Origin: the human T2T-CHM13v2.0 reference genome, Homo sapiens
NCBI RefSeq assembly: GCF_009914755.1
Contig: NC_060925.1
Length of the DNA: 64,000 nucleotides
Reading direction: 5' to 3' (one strand)
Made by a program: the position numbers and the translations under genes
Shown here: positions 54,171 to 64,000 of the stretch, one piece after another
Numbering within the stretch: position 1 is the stretch's first letter
Layout: the number at the start of each line of letters is the position of its first letter
The notes under the pieces: generated by a model
Told to the model about the DNA's origin: nothing
The model's input: the letters and a program-made list of their open reading frames with translations, nothing else
The model's database searches: none

Positions 54171-55377
54171 TGTTCACAGGGCTAAAAGGCCCCATGGGCC
54201 ACACCATGTGACTGAAGCTGATTCGTGTGTGTGTGTGTGTGTGTGCTTCTCAGCATTCTTTTTTTTTTTTTTTTTCCTCTGGTGATTCTCTCCTTCATTA
54301 TCCCCTTCTGAAGACAGCAACTATGTTTTGCTTTGTGGTGACTACTCCTACCCCATCCCAGTGCACTATGGTTTGGTTGGACTGACTCTCCAGTTCCAAG
54401 TCCAAACTTGATCTCTGATTAGTTTAAGCCTATCATGGTATCCCAATCACAGTCTTGGTTCAATGATGGCCATAAAACTCAATCTGAGCTTCTATATGAG
54501 AAGAAATACTTGCTACAGTTTCTTAGATAGTAAAGTTCTCTCCTTCTTAGGAGAACACCTATCCAAAGAGTGAGCTGTGAGGATGTGATGGCCATAGCTA
54601 CCATAGCTATTTTGCTATTGTAGAATGTCCAAGTAGTTGAGGGACTACCATATAGAGCCTGAAGATGATGCCAACAGGAGGTAAGGCATATCAGAGAGCC
54701 AGAAAGAAGGCAGATCCTTGATTTTGATATCTGAATGGCTAGATCAAACCATTCCTGCAGCCCTTGCTGCTGCCAGAATTTTCAGCTAAATAAACCAAAA
54801 TCTCTATATTGTCTAAACCAATTGAGTTTGCTTTTCTTTCCCTTCAACAGAAGTAGTTCTAATTAGTAACTAGTATGAATATTTTTTTCCTTAGTAAAAG
54901 GGAGGCCAAGCCTTCACCATTTTTCTGTTTTCTTGAGTGATAGGTCTTCAAGAAATGTTTGAGGGGTGTCAATGAGCCTCTTACGCTACTCCTCATTTCC
55001 TTTGAATTTTCCCTTGTCAGCAGTCATACTGGAACTCTGCTCTTTGCTTTCTGCATCCTCTTCTTCTTCTCTCTTGTTCACAGGCTCCACAGTGAAGAGA
55101 TTCAAATTTGAGATCATACTTCATTTTTGTGAAATACTATTTTAGACTTTAGACCTTACCATGTTTAGAGGGGCCTAAGCTCTTTTTATATGTGTCTTAA
55201 TGGGAGTTCATCATATTTCTTAGATCTGTGGCTTAAGGTCTTTTACTACTTTCGGAAGCTTCTCAGTCATAATTGCTTCAACTTCATCTTTATTCTCTTT
55301 CTCCTATTTTTCTTTGACTTCAGTTACATGTACGTTAGATGTTGTCACCATTTCCTATGTGTCTCTTGCATACTTTT

Positions 55378-55664
<287 letters not shown>

Positions 55665-56858
55665 CTCTTACATACTTTTAAATGTGTTACATCCTAATTT
55701 TTCATCCATGCTTCAATCTGGATATTTTCTATTGAACTATATCACAGTTCACTGGTCCTCTCATCAGCAATGTCTAATCTGTTAAACCCATCTACTGAGC
55801 TTTTAAATTTTAATTTTTATAAATTTAAGTGTAGATATTCCATTTGATTCCTTTTATAGATTCAAATTCTTTGCTGAAAATTCCCCATCTTGTCATTCAT
55901 TTTCTTGAACATATTAATTACAGTTATTTCAAAATCTATGTCCTGCTTTACATCATCCATGGCAATTTTTAATTGAAGCTGGACATATTGTATGAAAAAC
56001 TTAAGAGATTTTGTATGATACCTCCTTTCACAGAGAGCTTTTCTCCCCCTTCTGTCTGGTAGTTCAGTTTGAATTCCAAGTAAGAGTCTTCGAACAAATA
56101 TTCTTTTGGATTTTATCTAATCTTCTAGTTATTCTTGCCAGGAGGTTTGGCTTGCTGGAAAGTAGACTCTCCTTGTCATTAGTGTAAGTCACAGATATTA
56201 AGTATTTATGTGAAAATTATATGTACATTGAAAAACAAGTTCCCAGGATTTTTATGATTCTTAATGATATAAATTTTCTAATAAAGGCAGTATATATAAA
56301 ATGAGTTATTTTAATTAGGTTAGTATGGCATCTTTGAGTGCAGAGAGGTCCTAGGAAAGAGAAAATTCACAGTTCTACACACCCATAAGGAGTATCTTTT
56401 TTAAGTTTCTGTATAATGCCCCTCCTTCACTTTGATAACATTTACCTGTGGAGCTAAAGAATAGACAGAAAAAAATGGCTCACTCAGTGCTTAAGAGCAT
56501 TTAGTCATCATAGATCCAGCAGTACAGAAACAAGAAGAGACCAAGACATTGACTAAGTAAATAAGCAGTGAGCTATCACAACAACAATGCAACAGCAACA
56601 CTACCCCAACTCTGTAGTTCTGGAGAGTGACACGTTGCCTATAAAAATTAGTGATGTGTTGCCTATTTTGTTTGTCAGACTCACAATCACCCTATAAGAT
56701 CAATAGGGCAGGTTTGCATTTTTCTTTTATATTTTGCCCATTTTAGATATGAGAAAAATGAGTCAGAGAGAAATAAAATAAGTGTCCCAATATAAGTTAG
56801 TTATTTAGTTGTGTGAGACTTCAATTTATCTTTTTACATATTTTTCTGCTATTCCATA

Positions 56859-57100
56859 TGCTATGGTCTTAATTGTGTATCCCCCACCCCAAATTTATAT
56901 GTTGAATCCCTAATCTCAAAATCTGACTGTATTTGGAGGTAGGGCCTTTAAAGAGGTGATTAAGTAAAAATGAAGCTGTTAGGGTGGGCTGTAATCCAAT
57001 CTGACTGGTGTCCTTACAAGAAGAGGAAATTTAGACCTATAGAGACACCAGGGATGCACACACACAGAGGAAAGCCATGTGAGGACACATCAAGTATCCA
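56859..57100 (+). mobile_element. MLT1B-like LTR, 5' part
   Basis: tgctatggtcttaattgtgtatccccc...aatccaatctgactggtgtccttacaagaagaggaaatt. Confidence 0.75.
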
Positions 57101-57476
57101 CCTAGCATCAGAAGAGCTACTGCTATAATGTTTTTCAGCATTCTCAGCCCTAGCCACGTGTGAAACCTCAGGTCAGATGAACAGCCACGTGACATCACTT
57201 CAATGGTCTCCTCATTGAAAATATGATGCTTTGTAAGAGATCCAAGTGCAGCCACCTTCTTAGAGCCTTAAATTATGTCGCAGTCCAAGAATCAGCTGTA
57301 TGGAATCCCCTCTGAAATCCTTCCTCCAGCTGCTTGGCATTTCCGTGGAGACCCTAGAACCATCTGTGTGGTGACACTAGCTACTAGATTCTGATAGTAA
57401 TACCCCTTCCTCTATGTTCCCTTAGCCTTAAGGTGGTAGCTGCTTTCTACAGTTACTAATGTCTGGATTACCTCCC

Positions 57477-57935
57477 TGTAGTGGATTGAATTGTGTCCTC
57501 CTCAAAAATATGTTCAAGTCCTAATCACTGGTACCTGTGAATCTGAGCTTATTTGGAAACAAGATCTTTTCAGATGTAATCAAGTTAAGATGAAGTCATT
57601 CTAGATTAGGGCAGGCCCTACTTGGAATGACTGTTGTCTTTATAAGATAAAGAAGAGGAACACTTGGATACTGAGATATATAGAAGACAGAAAGAAGAAG
57701 GCCTTGTGAAAACAAAGGCAGAGATTGGAGTTACACAATAACAAGCCAAAGGAGGCCTGTGGCTACTAGAAGCTGAAACCGGCAAGAAAGAACTCTAGAG
57801 TGTTCAGGGAGAGTCTGGCCATGCGTACACCTTGATTTTATATTTCCAGCCTCCAGAACTGAGAGAATAAACTTCTATTGTTTTAAGCCACCAAGATTGT
57901 GGTATTTTGTATGGCAGCCCTGGGAAATGAATATA
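57477..57935 (+). mobile_element. MLT1C-like solo LTR nested in an older ERVL LTR (~57130-58060)
   Basis: tgtagtggattgaattgtgtcc...atggcagccctgggaaatgaatata; near-TSD ctccc / ctcac. Confidence 0.82.
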
Positions 57936-58841
57936 CTCACCATATTCTTTTTTATCCCTCAGCTTTGGATACTTACATAACCAATCCCCTGTAGTAAATT
58001 CCCTCTGCTTGAAATACCTAGTAAAGTTTCTTAGGTTTTTCCACTTGGATACAGACTGATATATTTAATCCCGGACACACACACACGCACACACACATGC
58101 GTGCACATTCAGTACTTTATATTTTGATCCAAAGGGCAATCAGTAAATGGTTGATGGATATAGTAAATAGAAAAACTACAACAGCAGATTAATATCAATG
58201 CATATTTTTTCACCTGTCATATTTAAAACTTGCTAATTGCTAAATATTTTCCCCAATGCATCGTTACAATTTTCACTTAATAATATGTCTTGGAAATCTT
58301 CCTGTAGCAACCCAGCCATGTTATTTTACAACTGCATCGTTTTATCAATTGGTTATATTGTAATTTAATTAAATAGCCCACGAAGGATCTTTCTGCTATT
58401 TCTGTTTTTAAAAATGTTTACCAAAAAAACCTATACACTAAACATATATATACATCTCACAGGTCTTTTTTTTTTTTGTGGAGACATCAGTGGAATAAAT
58501 ACCTAGCTATGAGCTTCTTTGATCTAAGCGACTGTGCACCTGAAATTCTGCTAAATAATACTAACTTCCATAAATGTACTGCATTCATCTATAAGGGCTA
58601 CCACTAGAGAATGTCTCATGATAAAACTTGGAGAATTGTGCCTTTTATGATCCAACTGGCCTAAAAGAATAGCCATTAAGGTGATTCTAACCCCCATTTT
58701 TCCTTCAGTGGGGAGCTATTTACATTTCTGAGAGAAATGAGATGAAACCCAACAAGCAAACCACTCAAACTAGGCAGCATAGTCAACAATAGCTGTGAAA
58801 AATGGAAGGTCTCTCTGGAGCAAAAAAATAATGGAACTCAC

Positions 58842-58906
58842 CTGTAGGCAAATCAGATAACAAATCAGAAGAAGCTCTGGTCAGCATCTCAACAAAATTC
58901 TGCCAT
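58842..58906 (-). CDS. C1orf87: C1orf87 internal exon: (K)WQNFVEMLTRASSDLLSDLPT(G); upstream exons lie beyond the window
   Basis: Acceptor ccttttcttgcacag|A; donor ACAG|gtgagt; 65 nt (phase 2 to 1), joins the 49613 exon in frame. Confidence 0.93.
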
Positions 58907-59323
58907 CTGTGCAAGAAAAGGAAACATAAATTGGTGATCAATATGATTGCCCTGAAAGAATGTCCAGTGAAGCTCTGTTTATATTGGTAGTGATATTGAA
59001 TAAGCTTTTTGATACTTCTATCATTTAAGGTCCAATGCAGGAAACAGAAACTACTTTGTATATCTTTATTAAAAAGGGCTTTGATATAGGGAATTATTGC
59101 AAAGCCATTAGAACAGAAAGTTCTAAGTCTAGGGTCAGGCCTCAGCAGATGTGGTCCAGAGATCAGGGAACAGCAAGAAAATCTGGCTGATGTCTCAGTT
59201 GCCCCTAGCTATGAAGTTGTCATCAGGCAGTACAAATTGCTTTCTGGCCACTGGAAAATGAAACAAAAACAAAACAAAACAAAAAAACACTTGCCAGTTT
59301 CTGCAGTTGCTACTGCTGTTGAT

Positions 59324-59324
59324 A

Positions 59325-59355
<31 letters not shown>

Positions 59356-59358
59356 ATA
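59324..59358. repeat. (AAAT)n microsatellite, with (AAAAC)n at ~59261-59289
   Basis: Directly visible. Confidence 0.9.
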
Positions 59359-61379
59359 TAAACTGTCTCCGTGCCACTGGCCTCTCACCACTGCTTCTGC
59401 CTTTCAAATCTCATGAAATTGCATCTCACCAACAGAATTTAAAGCAGTTCTAGAACTTTGTGTCAAGAGGGTTTCAGAAAGGTTCTTTCTAGCCTTCACA
59501 AGTATGGAAAGCATTACAACAGAGAAAAAACATAGAAGGGGATAAATATGAGTTCTGAGTGCAAGAACACAATAGTCAGTGAATTCCCAAGTGGAAATTA
59601 CATTGAGTAATATGTCTGCAAGAGACAACCAGGTAATCATTTAAAGCTTAAAAAGTACTTTAGCAAAACTTTGACATTGAAAATCACTTATATTTGCTTG
59701 CCCAGCATCCACCTTCCATTTATATATAAATATGCTCTTCTCTGGGGTGACAGCTACTGGTTTCCTTTTGAATACAGTATGGATGGGACTACGGTATGGT
59801 CAAAGTCCCATACCTTGCCCTAGCCAACGTTGTGACCCACCCCCTCTAGTTAATCTCAATCTATTTATCCCTTCCTCCCTTCTTCCCTCCCTCACTTCTT
59901 CTCTCTCTCCCACTGTCTCTGCCTTACTCTTTGGTTCTATTCCTTTCTGAAGTTTATTTTTCTCCAATTTTGTGTTAATTCATATCCTTTGAAAATATTT
60001 CCTTTTACTTGTGTTAGCAAAAGACAGTTTCTGTTGCTAGCAACCAAACCTCAACTAGGTATCTTTATCTTTCTCCATCTTGTCCATCAGAAGACGTCAA
60101 GTGAAAATGAAGAGCAAGTTGGGAAATACATATGCTGGGTTTTTAAAGAAAAGTTCTAATGTCATATGACTTTATTATCTTTAAATAAAATGAGTTAAAT
60201 AGGTAACTAGTTTATTTTGCTTATACTTCATGAAGGCTTTCCTATATATGACATAACATTTAGAGAAATTATTTGGTCAGGGTAAGTATCACAATATTGG
60301 GCTTTGAACATGTGACCTCCAGAGTTTCATGCCACTTTGGGCACATGATTAGACAGATAAGTGATGGATATGCAGGACTGCTAGTCAGATAAGCTGATGA
60401 CTATATCAGATGTGGTAGGTCTAGGCAGGTAAGAGAAAGTTGAACAAGAAGTAGCAAGCACTTTTGAGGAATATTAATAATTATATAAAGATCTGATATT
60501 AGCACAGATCTGCAAATAAACTACAATGGAAGCATCTCCTGTCTTCTACACTTCCTGCAATTTCTTTCCAGACTATTTTAAGAAGTCCAGGTTTATGGCT
60601 ACAGCACCTTCTGACGCTTTGATGAAAAAAAAAACACAAAACAACAACAACAACAACAAAAACCTAGATCCATTAATATTTACACATTACACAACATTTA
60701 TTTTTTCAGAGATGTTAGGAATTATCAGGTAGTGTTCTCTTAGATATCAGGTATGATATGAGATAACGCCTCTGGATAAAATGACACCAGAAAATTTTCT
60801 GCCCATTCTTGATTATATGCTGACAGCAGGGGAAGCAGATAGAGGGAAATTTTTTTAACTATATTGCCTGATTTGAATGGTATAGGACTTACATGACCAA
60901 TACAATTTTTAAGATCCTTCTAACAAAATATTTCTTTTCTCCCACGTTCTTTACATTACCCCCAAGACCTTCAAAGTGCTATTCACAACTTAAATTTGGG
61001 AGTGGGTTCTAGTTGCCATAGCAGGCACTATAATTCTAATAACAAAAGTAGGTACCAAACCTCCAATGTCAAGCCAGGCAGATCAGGACTGGAGGACAAG
61101 TTCTGTGAGCCTGATTCTAGATTCAGGCAGACCTGATTTCGAATCCCACTTTAACTGAGTTTTTCAAGTTAAAATGGCATGGAGTGAACATTCTGAGTAC
61201 TTTTTGTGCATTATCTCATTTAATTGAGACAACCATCTTATGGGGCATGTAAGTGACTTGTCCAAAGGCACATGGATCAATGGGACAGCAGGGATTTATG
61301 CCCTGACTCCAAATCTATTCGAACGTAATGTAACTTGACTTCATTTACATTTTTGTGGTCTTCGCAGTTCCATGGACAC

Positions 61380-62050
61380 AGCTATAGTGTCTTCTGACAT
61401 TTATTTTTGCAGAAGTCTGATGTCAGTCTGATTTTTGGTCATTTGTAATTAATTTTCTCTTTATTTGCTTTGGTTTAGTTTTATTGGGTTTTTGGCCTGG
61501 ATCCCTGAATAATTGCCTTTGTCTTTATAATATAAAAGTTTTGTTGGAATGATGTGAATACATTTTTTCTTAATTTAGCTTACATCACACTGAGTCCCTT
61601 CAATCTGTACAGCTGTACCAGCTCTGCAAAGTTTCTTTAGTTGGGACTTCCGTTTTTATTTCTTTTTCCATTTTTTCTAGTTTTCTTTTTCACAATACCA
61701 AGGCCTCTTAGGTTGAATCTCTATTCTGATTCTTTCATATCTACTATCCTCATTTTCTTCTTGGTTATTTTTCTCTAGATTTTGTAAAAGCCTCTTAAAT
61801 TTGACATTACATATTGATTCCTCGTTACCTCTTAATTCTGCTATGAAAGTTTTAGTTTTCTTGAAATCCTCCATATTTACCAAAATTCTTTCTAGTTTCT
61901 TCTGTTCATGTTTTGTGCTTTTTAAGTTTCATTTTTGTGTCCTTTAAATCTCATTATGTTGATTACTTTCCAATTCATTTCAGTAGAGGACATGGCTTCT
62001 TATACTCTACAAAAAAATCAATGGTTTTCTAAATTTTTCTTAGAGTAGAT
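61380..62050 (-). mobile_element. Very old L1 (L1ME-like) ORF1-region fragment
   Basis: T-rich strand with gaagtctgatgtcagtctgattttt; the minus-strand ORF 61677-61883 is K/E-rich and ORF1-like. Confidence 0.5.
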
Positions 62051-63517
62051 TAATTTAAAAGGTCTGGTGAGATTTGGAGCCTGCAGAATTGTGGCTCCCT
62101 TTCCATGTTTTGTAGTGTATATTTGCTTTTTTTTTTTTTTAATTAGGTGTTTTGCTTCAAATGAGTATCTATTCACATTCAGTACAACCCAGCAGATGAG
62201 CTGCACTGATTTCCTTTGGCCTTGCTCACTGCTCACTAGACCTGAAGTCAAGGGCAGATGACAACTTCCATCCATTCCTGGTGCCTCTCAGGCATACACC
62301 TGGTGCACCTTGGTAGGGCAGAGATAGGATTTTCTCACCACATTTGTTGTATATCACATACCCCATATTGGTATAGTATGCCATAAGCTATATGCTCCTC
62401 ATCATATACAACTGACAATGATCTTCCTCTCCGTACTAACCTCTACAACTTTGTTATCAGATATTACCTTCATCAGATGCAAGCACCATAGTCATATTTT
62501 TCCCCTTACCACCTTGCTTACTTCAACTTTCTGCTGTCATTCTTGATAGTTGAGCTCTCCAAATAGGCACAGAAGATTTGTGTGTGGTTAAGTGTGTATC
62601 CTTGGGCAGGGGAGGGAAGGAAAGGAGATGTGGGGAACCAGAGTGCTCGGGCTGCACAATAAAACAACACTTGTGTAATTTTCTGGTTGGTCAAGACTTG
62701 GGTCCCCAAATCAAGGGGAAGATTGTGGTGAAGGGATAGAGTATTTTCTGTTTTCTGCACTTCTTATGGGTGGTTAGGGCACAGCTTGGGGCAAGCAACT
62801 AATTGATTTTCCCATATTCCGTTTATTTATAGTTAGTGAAGATTTCTTTTGTACATTCTGACACTAGAGTCCCTGTTAGTCAGTTTTTGCTACTCACGTG
62901 TTGTTTGTTTCTTTCCTTCTTCATAGAAATTTTAGTTGGGGGTTGTTAGGCAGATGTCATTTTATACAAAAAGCCTTATATATTAAAAAAAACAAACAAA
63001 CCTAAAGCACTAAACACACAAAATATAGGCTATTTTATTGAAACATCCTTGTAATACTGATGAAGGTAATTTCAGCTGGTATGCTCTTCTATGAGGGTTA
63101 TGAAGGCTTAAGTCAAAAGGTTTGCTGGTGTTCACCTCCCAAGCCCATTACCTTTCTTTGCCTCCTGAAATGTATGTTCCAGCCATAATGAACAGTATGT
63201 ACAGTATGTAGTTCTCCAAACTTATTTTTGCTTGGCTTTTGTCTCAGCACATACTGCTCCTTATCTCTGAAATACTCTTTCCCGTCTCTTACCTGGTTAG
63301 CTCCTACAAATCCCACCAAGCTCAGCTGAGACATAGTATAGAATATTGATAAAGAGTTAGCTCTGTTCAGACTGCCAGGATCAGAAATTAAGTCCCATGA
63401 TTTGAAGAATTGCCTTCAGAATCCTGTAATCCTCTACTTCAGTCAAGGGAAACAAAATATGCCAGAAGGAGGAGCCAGACAGGAGGATTACGGAAGAGGC
63501 CTTTAGCCTTTAGGGAC

Positions 63518-64000
63518 TATATTAGTTTGCTGGGGCTGTGTTACGGTCTAAATGTTTATATCTCCCTCACATTCATGTGCTGAAATCCTCACTTCCATGG
63601 TATTAGGAGCTATGGTCTTAGGGAAGTGATTAGGCCGTGGGGGCAGAGCCCTCATGCATGGGATTAGTGTTCTTATAAAGGAGGCCTAAGAGACACCCTT
63701 TTCTGCTTTCACCATAGGAGGTCACAGTGAAAAAAACACCTGTCTCTAAGGAAGTGGACCCTCACCAAACACTAAATCTGCTTCTGTCTTGATCTTGGAC
63801 TTCCTGGCCTCCAGAAATCTGAGAAATAAATTTATGTTGTTTATAAACCACCCAGTCAATAGTATCTTGTTATAGCAGTCCAAATGGTCTAAGACAGGCT
63901 GCCATAACAAAATACCGCAGATCACATGGCTTAAACAACAGAAAATTATTTTCTCACAGTTCTGGAGGCTACAAGTCCAAGATCAAGGTGTCAGTAGGTT
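63518..64000 (-). mobile_element. Host MLT1 LTR (antisense), split by the nested LTR and running off the window
   Basis: Removing the insert restores tatattagtttgctggggctgccataacaaaatacc...cacagttctggaggc. Confidence 0.85.
63539..63896 (+). mobile_element. MLT1A/MST-type solo LTR, complete, nested in another MaLR LTR
   Basis: TG...CA ends (...tagcagtccaaatggtctaagaca); 5-bp TSD ggctg at 63534-63538 and 63897-63901. Confidence 0.88.

Overview
This is primate (very probably human) genomic DNA, dominated by interspersed repeats. The only protein-coding content I can support is the 3' end of C1orf87 on the minus strand. Four GT-AG exons (58906-58842, 49613-49534, 46273-46066, 39287-39127) splice in frame to ...WQNFVEMLTRASSDLLSDLPTGKNEKKAPAPP...KTPEEELQPESS...DLSNTGVLEKERARRL...RYLKEL*, followed by a ~280-nt 3' UTR with an AATAAA at 38865-38870. 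From recall, this places the window at 1p32, between CYP2J2 (off the left edge) and C1orf87. The left ~38 kb is intergenic. It holds a solo LTR12C with a 4-bp TSD, a full-length 7SL pseudogene fused to a FLAM monomer, two CTCF-type motifs, and many Alu, L1, L2, MIR, MaLR and MER fossils. The most unusual observations are: (1) an unexplained 56-bp-arm inverted repeat at 30614-30734; (2) a TSD-flanked 708-bp retroposed segment made of much older L1 DNA at 11413-12148; (3) the FLAM-7SL dimer; (4) a twin-primed L1PA2; (5) a tailless Alu; (6) a locally templated copy of an LTR fragment; (7) an L2 fossil that still shows endonuclease and RT motifs. I see no convincing evidence for a new multi-gene system. 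Repeat subfamily names come from recalled consensus motifs, and coordinates of old repeats are approximate.
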